Of a stretch of 64,000 nt of DNA, positions 25,125 to 39,982 are shown piece after piece. The translations under genes were made by a program, and so were the position numbers. Under the pieces are notes generated by a model that worked only from the letters and a program-made list of their open reading frames with translations, searched no databases and had not been told where the DNA came from. Numbering within the stretch: position 1 is the first letter of the stretch; every line of letters starts with the position of its first letter. The stretch is from Octopus sinensis (Eukaryota). The stretch spans positions 31,558-95,557 of the forward strand of contig NW_021832856.1 of the NCBI RefSeq assembly GCF_006345805.1, in the 5' to 3' direction.

Positions 25125-26514
25125 CATATGTATATATATATATATTCCTATGTGTTTATGCATATATACATACATAAAGTTGGGAAATATATTGACGTAT
25201 GTATATTTATTTGTATGTTTGTATGTGTAAATAAATATATAAAAGTATATAACTATGTAGATGTATACCATATTATACATATGTACACACACGCGCACAC
25301 ACACATATATATTCATACATACATGCACAAATGCACACATATACACATGTATATTGACAATTTTGTGTATGCATATATTCACACACTCATATGTACATGA
25401 CTATACGTGTATAATATATACATATGTATATTATCGATGTCGTTTTCTTTCTGTGTGTAAGTGTGTATGTGTGTGTGTATGTGTGTGTTTATCTATTAAT
25501 GTATTACCAATAATGTCGTGATGAGTGAGAGGCTAAGATGGGGAAGTGACGTAGTTTTATAATTGATTCTTTATAAATTTTCACTTATAATGGAGCGCCG
25601 GCGTAACGAGATTGTCTAGTCTCATCAGAATAACCCATTAGCAGACGGCTTGCTTAGTGTTCGGCCAGGGAATGGTGAAATATGTATTAATTATTGATTT
25701 TATCGATCTTTATTTTGCTTTCTTCTATCTTCGAGGCCTCCCCTTCGCCGTACAAACTCTCACAGACCCCTCTGTAGCTTCGTTTACCTGCAATTGTGTG
25801 GTTCAGTTTGGACTTTCGCGACGGCATGCAACATTATTTCTTTAGTTTGATCTTCAACACGACATATCCGTCTTTGGTCGGAGGTAGAAAATATAAATAG
25901 ATTTTGAACTTATTTTTAACTATATACATACATAAATATGTGTGTGTGTGTGTGTGCTTGTGTGTGTGTGTGTGTATACGTGTGTTAGAATGCATGTACG
26001 TACGAAGAGCTATATATTTATTTCGATAGCTATAAGTTAGTTTTGTTTGTTTTTTTCGGGAGAACCGACGGCCAGAGACGTTTTACTCGTCACCATTCCG
26101 TCTTTTTCGTTTCTTTTAGATGAGGCTTGAGATCTCTAGAACTACCATTATCCAATTTCCTAGTATCCCCTGAAGACCTGAGGGTTGTAATTCAAGGGAT
26201 ATCTGTCTGCTATTTCTTGTAGGGCAGGCAACCACCTAATCACATATATATGTACTAACACAGGTTTTCTTAAGTGCAAAGAAAACACGCAACGTAACAT
26301 CCAAATATGAGACGGCGCATGGTGTATCCACCCTGGCTTTCTACCTCTTTCAACAATTTGATGGGTTTTGGTTTTCATTCAGCAGGGTGTCCAATAAACA
26401 CCCTCCTCACCAAGCAAGCTTGGTGGGGTTGCCGATTTAGTAGCCGACGACCCGACCATGTAAAAGGGTGTACTGGGTTACATGATACCAGTAGCACTCG
26501 AAAGTGACCTGACA

Positions 26515-26520
26515 TACAAT

Positions 26521-26554
<34 letters not shown>

Positions 26555-27204
26555 ATACACATATATATATACATATATATATATATGTGTATATATACAT
26601 ATATATATGTATATACGTATATATACATATACATATGTATATACGTATATATACATATATATATGTATATACATATATATACATATATATATGTATATAC
26701 ATATATATACATATATATATGTATATACATATATATATACATATATTATATACATATATATATAATATATATGTATATACATATATATCTACATATATAT
26801 ATATATATATACATATATATATACATATACATATGTATATACATATATATACATATACATATGTATATACATATATATACATATATTATGTATATACATA
26901 TATATACATATATATATGTATATACATATATATACATATATATTATATACATATATACATATATATATGTATATACATATATATACATATATATATGTAT
27001 ATACATATATATACATATATATATGTATCTACATAATATATATATGTATACATATATATACATATATATGTATATACATATATATATATACATATATATA
27101 TGTATATACATATATATACATATACATATATATATATCTATATATATATACTATATATATGTATATACATATATATACATATATATACATATACATATAT
27201 ATAC

Positions 27205-27236
<32 letters not shown>

Positions 27237-27283
27237 ACATATATATATATATATACATATATATACTATATATATATATATAC

Positions 27284-27314
<31 letters not shown>

Positions 27315-28344
27315 CATAAAATATTATTCGAGACAAAACCACTATTTTGCAAAACAAACAAGGAAAGACTTAATCAATACATAAAATTTTAATAAATAGT
27401 CAAAAAAACCGCCACTACAATCGTTTCTTGTCTTGATCGACAATCTTCAGGTGGACTTCCAATAATTCAGTGTCAAATTATACATATACATATATATACA
27501 TATATATATGTATATATATATATATACATATATATACAATATATATGTATATACATATATATACATATATATATGTATATACATATATAACATTATATAT
27601 GTATATACATATATATACATATATAATATTATACATATATATACATATATATATGTATTACATATATATACATATATATATGTATATACATAATATACAT
27701 ATATATATGTATATACATATATATACATATATATACATATATATATGATATACATATATATACATATATATATGTATATACATATATATACATATATATA
27801 CATATATATATGTATACATATATATACATATATATACATATATATATATATACATATATATACATATATACGTATATTATATATATATACATATATATAC
27901 GTATATATATGTATATAATATATATATATATAATATGTATATACATATATAACATATATATATATACATATATATATGTATATACATATATATACATATA
28001 TATACATATACATATATATACATATATATATATATACATATATATACATATACATATATATACATATACATATATATATACATATATATATATACATTAT
28101 ATATATACATATATACATATACATATATACATATATATATACATATATATATATACATATATATATACATATATATATACATATATATATATATACATAC
28201 ATATATATATACATATTATATATACATACATATATATATACATATATATTACTATATATATATATATATACATATATATATTACATATATATATATACAT
28301 ATATATACATATATATATACATAATATATATATAATATACATAC

Positions 28345-28375
<31 letters not shown>

Positions 28376-28530
28376 CATACATATATATACACATATATAT
28401 ACACTATATATATATATATATATACATATATATAATACATACATATATATATATACATACATATATATATATACATACATATATATATATATATCATACA
28501 TATATACATACATATATGTACATACATATT
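26515..28530. repeat. ~2-kb (TA)n/(TACA)n array split by a 160-bp unique island
   Basis: Directly visible; island at 27317-27480. Confidence 0.95.
27412..27454 (-). ncRNA. Intact minimal type-I hammerhead ribozyme
   Basis: Minus strand reads ccac-CTGAAGA-ttgtc(gatcaa)gacaa-GAAA-CGATT-GTA-gtgg: stem I 4 bp, stem II 5 bp, near-palindromic stem III ACGATTGT, GUA site. Confidence 0.8.
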
Positions 28531-29247
28531 GCTAATCTGGCGATAAACTGCAGACGGCTAGCTGGATGGATTATCCGAACTTCCAGAACAAGAGATAAGG
28601 AGACACTGATGGCCCTCTGGAAACTTTCGTCCTCAGCCGCTTGGACTACTGCTCTCAACTATGGTCGCCACACAATATAAAACTAACAGCAGAACTCGAA
28701 GCAATTCAAAGAAGCTACACAAAGAAGATCGTCTCAATGCAACATATCATGTACTGGGAAAGACTGAAAGTATTAAACCTCTTCTCCCTAGAGCGAAGGC
28801 GGGAGAGATATGCGGTGATATACATCTGGAAAATCTTGGAGGGTCTTGTCCCAAACTTTGGCATTCAAAGTTACTCCAACTGCAGAACTGGGCGCCACTG
28901 CGTGGTGCCAAAGATTCCAACATCACCATCAAAATACAGGACCAGTTACTGCAACAGCTTAGGTTTCACAGAACCACAGCTCTTTAACATCCTCCCTAAA
29001 TGCCTGAGAGACTTGCATGGTGTGGTTGTGGGTTTCTTTAAAACTAAACTGGATTTCTTCTTGTCGGGGGTTCCAGATGAACCTACCTCACGACAGGAGA
29101 CACTGATGCGGGCAGCGGCATCAAACTCCCTTGTTGACCAAGTGCCACGTATCAAAGGTGGGTTCACATATTAGTGTAGTTCATTCAGCGGTGGTACCCC
29201 AGCATGGCCGCGGCCTTCGGTCTAATACGTTTTAAGACTTTAAGGAT
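28531..29247 (+). mobile_element. CR1-clade LINE 3' fragment with tail
   Basis: ORF 28641-29174 [53 protein letters not shown]. The tail reads ggtggtaccccagcatggccgcggcc..(tttaaga)n. Confidence 0.9.
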
Positions 29248-29250
29248 TTA

Positions 29251-29286
<36 letters not shown>

Positions 29287-29465
29287 CATATACATATATA
29301 AATATACATACATATACATATATAAATATACATACATATATATATATATGAATATATAGAAATTCGGGGTGAGTACTTGATAATTGTAAGCACCTGTATA
29401 TACCGTTTGGTGGTGTAGGTGGAGGAGTAAATTGATCAAAATAAAAACATGATGCCAAGGATTCA

Positions 29466-29543
29466 GCGGTACATATGTTTCGGGCCTTTATTAGACAGAT
29501 TTATAACAATGCATAATGTATGTCTGTGGCCTTCTTCAGCCGC
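29466..29543 (-). ncRNA. Type-I hammerhead ribozyme with extended stem II
   Basis: Minus strand reads gcgg-CTGAAGA-aggcc-acaga...tctgt..-ggccc-GAAA-CATAT-GTA-ccgc, with perfect palindrome ACATATGT in stem III. Confidence 0.8.
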
Positions 29544-29774
29544 ACACAACAACTTCCACAAGGACATGTGTTACATCAAAAATTCTTGGTTGGGGATGCA
29601 AATCCTCTCATTCGCGTACCACATAATGCGGCGGCAGCAGCATAGATTGAAGCGTCCATCTCGTTCTTCTCTCAATGTAGAACGAGGGAATTTATGTTGA
29701 AGTAATGTAAATAAATTAACAAATAATACATATATAGACGTGAAGGGACCTGGTGATAAGAGTAAATAGGGGTT

Positions 29775-29797
29775 ATATATATATATACATATATAAT

Positions 29798-29829
<32 letters not shown>

Positions 29830-29865
29830 ACATATATAATAAATATATATATATACATATATATA

Positions 29866-29904
<39 letters not shown>

Positions 29905-30242
29905 CATATATATAATATATATATTATATACATATATATAATATATATATATATACATATATATAATATATATATATATATACATATATATAATATATAT
30001 ATATATATACATATATATAATATATATATATATACATATATATAATATATATAATATATACATATAATAATATATATATATATATACATATATATAATAT
30101 ATATATATATATACATATATATAATATATATATATATATTCTAATATATAATATATATATTATAATTATAATATATATATATAGATATATATATATATAT
30201 ATCCATATATATAATATATATGATATATATACATATATATAA

Positions 30243-30276
<34 letters not shown>

Positions 30277-30545
30277 AATATAATTACTATATATAATATA
30301 TATATATATACATATATATAATATATATATAATATACATATATAATATATAATATATACATATATATAATATAATATATACACATATATATATATAATAT
30401 ATAATATATATATATATACATATATATCAATATATATATATATACATATTATATATATATATATATATACATATATATAATATATATATATATATACATA
30501 TATAATATCATATATATACATATATATAATATATATATAATATAC

Positions 30546-30576
<31 letters not shown>

Positions 30577-31126
30577 TAATATAATATATATATACATATA
30601 TATAATATATATATATATACATATATATAATATATATATATAATACATATATATAATATATATATATATACACATATATAATATATATAATATATACATA
30701 TATATAATAATACATTATATAATATATACATATATATAATATATATATATATATACTATATACATATATATATATATACATAATATACATATTATAATAT
30801 ATACATTATATATACATATTAAATATATACATATAATAAATATATACATATATATATACATATATATAATATATACATATATATAATTATATAATATATA
30901 TAATATATATATATATAACAAATATAATATATACAATATATATAATAGATAACATATATATAATATATATATATATACAATATATATATATACAATATAA
31001 TATATACATATATATAATATATATATATATACAATATAATACATATATATAATATATATATATATATAATATATATATATATACATATATATAATATATA
31101 TATAATACTATATATAATATATATAT

Positions 31127-31176
<50 letters not shown>

Positions 31177-31282
31177 ACACATATATATATACACATATAT
31201 ATATATATACACATATATATATATACGCACGCACACACACACTTTATATATATTATATACACTCTCACACACACATATATAT
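29775..31282. repeat. ~1.5-kb (TA)n array with TACATATATAATA higher-order units
   Basis: Directly visible. Confidence 0.95.
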
Positions 31283-31284
31283 AA

Positions 31285-32080
31285 ACAGCAAGACTAGTTG
31301 TGCCTTTTGTAGGGTTTGCAGCATATGTTCTGCTATCATTGCTATATGGAATCGAGGCATGGATTGTTTGTCATAGACATTTGGAATGATATTATCAATA
31401 TCGTTTTAGGAAAATTCTTGGGATAACTTGGAGAATGGCTATGAATAATGCAGTAGCACTTGAGAGAAGTGGTTATAGGAGCGTAGAATCGATGATTCTG
31501 CCAAAGTCGTTTGAGATTGATTGGACATTTGGTGAGAATGAATGACGCAATGCTTCGCAAGCAACTTTTGTATGGTGAACTGGAAGATGGTAGTAGGCCA
31601 GCACATAAACCTAAAATGAGGTTCAAGAACTGCCTCAGAATTGCTCTGTCAAAGACATGAGTTTCAGTTGTTGATTGGGAGGAGGAAGCACAAGTCTGAA
31701 AAAGAGAACAGAGTGCTTGTTCGAAGTTTGAAAGAGAGAGAATGAAGCATGAGAAGATCAAGAGAAGGCTTAGAAAGAATGAACCTGTAGAAAATGAAGG
31801 TGTTTTGCTTTATACGTGTAAGGTTTGAGGGAGGAAATATATCAGTCATGCAGTCCTGCTCAGCCACCAGAGAACACACAGGAATCAACCGCTTGTGAAT
31901 TGTGATATGGCTATTGTTCACAGCAGAGGATGTGCACCCTGTGGGAAGGTGTGCCCTTCAGTTGGAGGATTGAAAACGCATGTCAAAGGACTTCATACTG
32001 TGGCTCTTGTTGCTTCTGCCAGCCAGCACAGCTGTGCAATTTGCAAGAGGATGTGCAAGTCTTTGGTCGAGCTCGAGAGT
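31285..32080 (+). mobile_element. RTE-clade LINE 3' fragment with C-terminal zinc-finger-like motifs
   Basis: RLRLIGHLVRMNDAMLRKQLLYGELEDGSRPAHKPKMRFKNCL..DWEEEA..FERER, then CAPCGKVCPSVGGLKTH and CAICKRMCKS. Confidence 0.75.
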
Positions 32081-32493
32081 CAATCTATCTATCTATCTAT
32101 CTATCTATCTATGTGTGCCGTGCATGTACATACGCATACCTTCACATCTATGTATAAGTAATTGTATATACGCATACATATCCATGTATGCTTATGACTA
32201 TGTATACCTATATCTTTGAATCTCTAAATTGTTTCAGCATCGAATCTGCGATCATGCTGGGGCATCACCGTTATGTGCGTGTGTGTGTGCGTATATATAT
32301 ATTATATATATTATATATATATATATATACGTGTGCGCGTGCACACACGCACACACACCTATATATATATATATATATATACATATATTTTATATAATAT
32401 CTATATATACATTTATATATTATTAGTGTTATCTACTTGACCATTTGGACCAAATTGAAAATATAAATGCCTTCTCCCAAAGCTAGAAATCTC

Positions 32494-32533
<40 letters not shown>

Positions 32534-33073
32534 AGTAGCAGGAGAAAAACTGAGAGAGAGAGTGTGAGTGAAAGAGGGTGTGAGTGTGTGTATTTTCTTA
32601 ACAAATTGCCAATTTCCTGTCTTACAGATTTTTCTATTGCCTCGTTCCTCAATATCATTACTAAATGTTTGAAGTGGAATGCTAGCTGATTACAGATTTA
32701 AACAAACAATGCTTCACTGCCCATTGATATCGAATTTGATTTTCTAACCAGACATTCTTCAGATCTCTACGTCTATCTATCTATCTATCTATCTATCTCT
32801 CAATCTGTGTCTGTCTGTCTCTTCTATCAATCTGTGTCTGTCTGTCTGTCTGTCTCTCTCTGTCTCTATCTATCTATCTATCTATCTGTCTATCTGCCTG
32901 TCTATCTATCTGTCTGTCTGTCTGTCTGTCTCTCTCCGTCTGCCCCTCTCACCCTCTCTTTATATATGTAGTATTCATCCATCTATCATCACCTTCCTAT
33001 ATATGCATGTATGTAGTTATCAACCTATTTGCCTATCAGTGTATCTGTCAGTTTATCTCTGTCGATCGACTGA

Positions 33074-33111
<38 letters not shown>

Positions 33112-33422
33112 CCATTCCATCCAGTCAGCCAGCCTACCAACTAGGCAGTTTCCTATACATCTAATCAACCAGCCTGTCACCTCTATAGAACTCTTCAATC
33201 CATTTCAAATATTACTCTCTCTCTCTCGCCATTTGTCTGTGAGTATAAGTTTATAAGGCCGTAAAGCAGCTGTTTGTCTACCTCGTAAGTCAGACTAATC
33301 GATCAGATCAATGAATAACTTTAGTAAAATCTGTTATTATTTATCAAGTCCATCCAAATCCTAAGACCTACTATCAAAGATGTTTCCTACATTGCATACA
33401 CTAATTTTATTGATTTTGCTGT

Positions 33423-33469
<47 letters not shown>

Positions 33470-34821
33470 CCTTTTCTCTATCACTCCCCCCCTCTCTCTA
33501 TCTATATATAAAATACACATTAAGTAGAGGACATCACCAACAAGTGAAAAATACGTAAACACACGAGAGAAAAATACAGGATAAAATACCAAAAGAAGAT
33601 AACTCGCTGATCCGTTGTTGACTCGTTATTACAATCTATTTCGTGCTTTTGCCGACAAGACAGGAAAACTTCATAAGACAGCAGCATTTAGGAATTTTAA
33701 ATATATAAAATTTGTGGAGAGTTACGACTTCGAACAGACAAACAATAATAGAGTGGAGGTACAGAGTAAACAATCAATGAAGACAAACATTAAGGGCCGT
33801 TAGGGCAAAACGAATTGTAATGGGAGAAATTTTGAAAGGATATAGAATAGATAGAAGAGAAGAAAATAGGAGAAAAGAAAAAAAAAATATCGAAAGGCGA
33901 AAGAAGAGGGACATGACGTTCAGTTAGTTGAACGTCGCATCCAGAAAAGACAGAGGCACGAAAAAGGCCCATAGTCACGTGTGATGAACAGGCAGGGTGG
34001 AAAGGGGACAAGAGAAAAGACATGCCTGTCTGTCTATCTACTAAGAACACTGTTTATTCTACAGGTTCTCTATTTTAATTTATTGATGGGTCTAAACAGC
34101 AACGTAGATAAAATATTGAGAGAGAGAGAGAGAGAGAGAAGCAGAGGAAGTAATTTAGGATATTCTTGTAAAAATAATACCTAAAAAACATCAAACTTTT
34201 GGAATTGTTAGAATTTGAAAAATAAAAATATAAATGAAATAAAGTTGCGAAGAATCAAGAATTAGCTGAAGACTGAACATTTTAACAATAATGGATGGAA
34301 TCAGTTGGCGAAAAAGGCAAGAAATCTGAACGAGAAACATGAAGATCTCAAGAATGCCGACAAAGACATGCAAGTACTCTAATAAAGTACGATAGAAGTA
34401 CACCATTACTGCAATGGGTTTTTTTTCCCTATTGGATTATAATTTTTATGAAAGAGTAATCTAGACCATTTACTTGTTGTTCTTATTGCGCTTGTGTTTT
34501 TGTGTGTTTGTATGCTTGTTGCTTGCGTATTATTTGCTGGAGTTGATAGCGTTTTCGTTTCGTTTTCTTTTCGTTTATGGTTTTGGGTTTGTTAAATATT
34601 TCCATTTGTTTTTATATTTTGTTCTGCCATTATGAAAATTAAAACTTATTTCGATGTTTATGAAGGTGAAGAAGAAAACGCACAAGGAAAAAGAAAAGAG
34701 AGGCAGTATGTATTCGTATATATATCCACAAACACATGCATATATATATATATATGTGTGTGTGTGTACATACACACACCGAATATTATTTATATATACA
34801 TATGAACGTGTGTAGAAACAC

Positions 34822-34893
<72 letters not shown>

Positions 34894-35499
34894 AAATATA
34901 TGATGTGCGCGCGTGTATATATATATACGCATATGCATCTCAGTTTATATTTGAATATCTACATACACATACGTATATATTTGAGTGTGTATGTTTTATG
35001 TGGTGTTTATGCATATATTTATGGTTGCCAATACGTAAGCTTGCATACCTGTACACACACACACACACGATATACACACATACAAATACACACAATATAC
35101 GAAATTGATGGATATAGATTTACTAATTTTATTAAATTCTTGTTCCGGATTTCGAAATTGTTTAAACAGAAAGATTAATAACATTTATAATTGCTCTTCA
35201 ATAAATACCGCGATTCTTTAACTAAAATCACTTCTTTGGTTCGGAAGAATATAAAAGAATTCTTCATTCGTTTTTGCCCATTTCGCTCCCAGCTTTTAAT
35301 GGACATTCATTCGCTTTCTCCGTCATATTTAAGTTCGCAATTGTTGTTGTTGTTATTATCAACATTATTGCTGTTGTTGTTGTTGCCGTTGTTATTTGCC
35401 ACGTCGACCACTCATCTGCTTTTCCCTATCTTCTGTTCTTCTATTTCCTTGTATTTCAATTAATATGTATACACACGAACATACGCATGAGTGTGTGTG

Positions 35500-35553
<54 letters not shown>

Positions 35554-35585
35554 AACATATATACATATACGAGTGCTTGTATTTA

Positions 35586-35618
<33 letters not shown>

Positions 35619-35714
35619 GTATGGATATTTACATATACACCCACATATGTAAATATACATACACATATATATACACAAACATATACATACACACACATAT
35701 ACATACACACACAC

Positions 35715-35760
<46 letters not shown>

Positions 35761-36564
35761 ATAAACGTGCGATATTAGTTTTATTGGATGAGTGATTCAC
35801 CTCGGTGCTTTGGTGATGGAAACATCTTTTATAACGTAAACACTTTCGGAGAATAGAAAATGACGAAAAACACCACACACGCGCGTACGCACACACACAC
35901 ACAGAGCACAATGCACGCATACAAACACATGCAGTGAAACGCAATACACACACATACATGCATACACGAATTTACACATGTACACAAATACACACTTGCT
36001 TATAAAGGCAAATAAACGCACATGGGCGTTCACCCACACACATTCTCGCATATGTACATACATACGTGTAAACACACGTATACGCATACATAAACGCCTA
36101 CTGTCACGCACACAGCTAACATAAAATGCGATAAATTAAAAAACATTTTTATTGCACCTCTTTCTTCTCCTCCCCTCCCGCTCCTTTCCCCCCTCCTCCT
36201 CTTACTACTACTACTACTACTACTACTGCTGCTACTAATGCTGCTGCTGCTGCTCCAAGTATGAATATGCTTTACTTCAATTAATCACATTATTTTCACA
36301 TGAAATCAGACACGTTCATTCAAGCTCTTAATGTACACCAATGTACGTTCCTTCTTATTTATTCCTAATAAGCATTACAGTGTGTGTGTGTGTGTGTGTG
36401 TGTGTACCTATGTATCGTTTATTTATTTCCCATATAATGCACGAATGTAGATGCATATGCATTTATATGTCTGTATATATCTTAATGTGCATGTATATAT
36501 GTGTGGGCATATAAATATATATTTCTTACACGCACGCACATATAATGACAAAAAGAGGCTGAGG

Positions 36565-36633
36565 TCCATAACAGCTGTTTCAGACGCGTTGTTATTGACG
36601 AACAAATCAATTACACTGTTTTCTTCAGGTGAA
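36565..36633 (-). ncRNA. Hammerhead motif, intact core with decayed stems
   Basis: ttcac-CTGAAGA-aaac..attga/tcaat..gtct-GAAA-CAGCT-GTT-atgga; palindrome ACAGCTGT. Confidence 0.6.
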
Positions 36634-36664
36634 TATAATATAAACCTAAAATCTAACATTTAAG

Positions 36665-37500
36665 ATTTTGCACATAGAAACCTGTAGAATGCATTTTGAC
36701 TCCCTTCATCGCTGCGAGGATCAAGAGAGTTACGGATATCAAGCTAGGTGGACATTAGATATATATGATTCATAAAACTGTGAATAGGCGATACTCTCAT
36801 TAAGACAGTCCTATGATAGAATCCAAGTAGTGGATTCAAATATAAGATTTTATATAATGCAACCTATAGAAAACGCTAAGGAATGTAATGTGGTACGCTC
36901 CGTCTTTTTCTTTGTTAAGATTAATGTACGAAAAAATTTACTGATCCTCCTGGAAAAGCATTTCTGTGAGGGCCATAATCACAATGGGTGAAGGGCCCCT
37001 ATAGCTACGATTCCAAGATGAAGAAAAGTATCTTAAATTGGCCTATTCGAAATAACTCTTGCAGAGTCCATGTTCATGCCAACTAGATTAATAGTATCTG
37101 CAGTAGAAGTTACCATCAGTATACCAGTTAAAGTTATTGATCGAAAAAAGTAAATTGTTACGAGTCTTCAAACATTTCATTATCAGAGTCACCATTCAAG
37201 CAGACTTGCAACGAAAATAGCCACGACGTTAACGAAGCGTAGATGGACTCTGAATGCCACCAATGTTGTTTACAACATGGAATAGAGGATCCTTAGAAGA
37301 TCCAAGACATACGTAAATGGATCTAAGAAATGCAACCTCATTATAGCTGAAACAATATATATCTAGATAATGTCAAAGAGCTATAACAACTACTTAAATT
37401 CCAGAACTGAAATTATTACAAGCTGTATCCATCAATTGTAAGGTACCAAAATAAACACATCCTACATCGGGGTGTTTACACTTCTGACCATCACTCCATT
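36665..37500 (+). pseudogene. Highly degenerate LINE RT remnant (RTE-like)
   Basis: AFDSLHR...ESYG motif near 36690-36740 and WTL...ME*RILR near 37245-37300; many stops. Confidence 0.3.
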
Positions 37501-37592
37501 TGCGTAATTAACCTGCTAAACGCATTTCGATAAAGCTCATATCTACATTTTCACAAACAAAAGTGGGCATATCAATATGCAAATATATATAT

Positions 37593-37952
37593 AGGAGGAG
37601 GAGTGGCTGTGTGGTAAGTAGCTTGCTTACCAACCACATGGTTATGGGTTCAGTCCCACCGCGTGGCTCCTTCGGCCAGATTCTTCTACTATAGCCTCGG
37701 GCCAACCAAAGCCTTGTGAATGGATTTGGTAGACGGAAACTGAAAGAAGTACGTCGTATATGTGTGTGTGTATGTCTGTGTTTGTCCCCACACTATCGTT
37801 TGACAACCGATGTTGGTATATTTACGTCCCTGTAACTTAGTGGTTCGGCAAAGCTAGCGATAGAATAAGTACTAGGCTTGCAAAGAAAAGTCCTAGGGTC
37901 GATTTATTCGATTAAAGGTTGTGCTCCAGCATGGCCGCAGTCAAATGACAAG
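37593..37952 (+). mobile_element. SINE family A, full length
   Basis: ggagtggctgtgtggtaagtagcttgcttaccaaccacatgg..gggttcagtccc..ctccagcatggccgcagtcaaatgac. Confidence 0.9.
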
Positions 37953-39254
37953 CAAATTTATATATATATAATACAAAATAGGACAAGGACGCAAAACATC
38001 CAGACAGGTGATACAAAAAAGGGGCAACAAAGCATCCAGATAGACGATACAAAGAAAACAAGAATGGGTCATTCGGAGCTTTCTTTCCTCAGTCGAGTTC
38101 CAGATTATCTTTGCAATTTCGGCCGGTTATTCTCGAGATTGCTCCAATCTGGTCAGCCCCAAGGAAAAACTAAGCTTAGAGCATTAGATTCTTTGGAAGA
38201 AAGCAGCGAATGTATACGAAAACGATGAAGGATAAAACGGAAGATGTTACACAAATACAAATAACAGGACATAGCAACAGGTGTCTTTCGACTAAGGACG
38301 AATTGGATTAAGCTGGCGTGTGTAGAAATAAAGCCTTACGGCAGGGATACAAGATATCAGAGGCACAGGGAGGAATATAGATGTTGCACGGACGACGGCC
38401 GAACCAAGGAAGAAAGATTAGGCTTGGCCGAACACCGGTCACGTGGGAAGAGGAGAGAGGTAGAGGCAGAGGGACAGTAGAATTAAGGAGGGTCGAGAAA
38501 AAATGACAGGGACACAGTGAAGTGAAAAGAGGAGGGAAAGTGAGCATCTCCCTTTGCTCCTTCCCTTTATTTGTTTGTGCTGTTGTTTATTTAAATCAAT
38601 CAACTTTATTGAACAAACCGAAGGGTCTCTAAGTAAATTATAAGGTTAACAGTCTGATACGTTTTCTGTTTACTTCAGAGAACAACAGGATCCCTTTCCA
38701 TATCTTCTACAAAAATCAGAACAAAAAGATTTTAAATAAAGATCTGCTGATTTCTCCACATTACACATGCTTCAGGAATTCTGGAATACGGCCAATACTT
38801 CCTCTCGGTCCCTCTCTATCTCTGTCTATCTCCCTTTATTTCTCTCCATCACACTCACTGTCTGTCTGTCTGGCTGTCTGTCTAACTCTCTTTCTCTCCC
38901 AGTCTTTCTCACTCCCCTCCCTCTTTCTCTTTCGATCACCTTCATATATATTTCTTATTTCTCAGTTTAGCTACATGTCTATTTTTACCAAAATCAACAA
39001 AACGATTTTGTGATCGATTTTAGGAAGGAAATCGATTTTAAAAGACCTTAGTTTTTACCTCATGCATTAATTTCCCAAAAAATTTTTCTATAAATTATTT
39101 GGTCACACCTTTTACAATATTGTAATGTTTTTGCACTCAACTATTTGATACAAACACACACACACACATATGTGTGTGTGTGTACTAATATAAGTATGTA
39201 TGTATCCTAATATAAATGTAAGTATAAGTAAATATTATGGCGTAAGCACATAAT

Positions 39255-39313
<59 letters not shown>

Positions 39314-39427
39314 AACAAACATAATTTGTAATTTGTATCATAACCACATTTCTGTGGTATTCAACTGACATACCAGTGAACTTGATGTTTTACGCACCCT
39401 TTTGAAGGAATTTCTTTCCTTAGTTTG

Positions 39428-39459
<32 letters not shown>

Positions 39460-39461
<2 letters not shown>

Positions 39462-39685
39462 GATTTGGTTGATGGAAATGTATGTATATATTGTGTCTGT
39501 TTTTGCCCCAACCATCGCTTGACAACCGATGTTGGTATGTTCACGTCCTTGTTACATAGCTGTTCGGCAAAGGACACCGGTAGAATAAGTACTAGTCTTA
39601 CAAAGAATAATTCATTGGGTAGATGTCTTTTAAGGTGGTGCTCCAGCATAGCCGCTGCGAAATGCCTGATGTATGTGAAAGAATC
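39460..39685 (+). mobile_element. SINE family A, 3' half
   Basis: ggatttggt..atcgcttgacaaccgatgttgg..gaataagtactag..ggtgctccagcat. Confidence 0.75.
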
Positions 39686-39923
39686 CCGGAACATAACAAT
39701 ATCTGTTTCAACACACGATTTCACATCAGAGATCTTGCAAAATTCTGTAAATGTTGATTCATCAGAAGAGATAATTTGGAAACTAAAAACAAATGTAACC
39801 TATTCTTTAAAACATTATAACTGAAAGGCTCCTCTTTGCAGTACTCCGAGTAACTCGTTTCTAGATCCTTCGCTAGTAAAGCGTGCCTGGTTTTCTTATA
39901 AAATATTCACTGTCGAAATACGT

Positions 39924-39982
39924 AGTCTGATGGAAACGCTTATTCTTTATGAACGACGCGTGCCGAAACGGCTGCTTCAAAC
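39924..39982 (+). ncRNA. Degenerate hammerhead motif
   Basis: CTGATGG-..acgc...gcgt..-GAAA-CGGCTG; A9 and the cleavage triplet are altered. Confidence 0.35.

Noticed and set aside
25590-25631. Minus-strand CTGATGA with palindrome cgccggcg; similar weak cases at 4975-5050, 18010-18097, 38060-38097, 40244-40295, 49129-49155 and 60810-60860
   Set aside because: The GAAA box, core or cleavage triplet is too altered to call. They may be older relics but are not counted as features.
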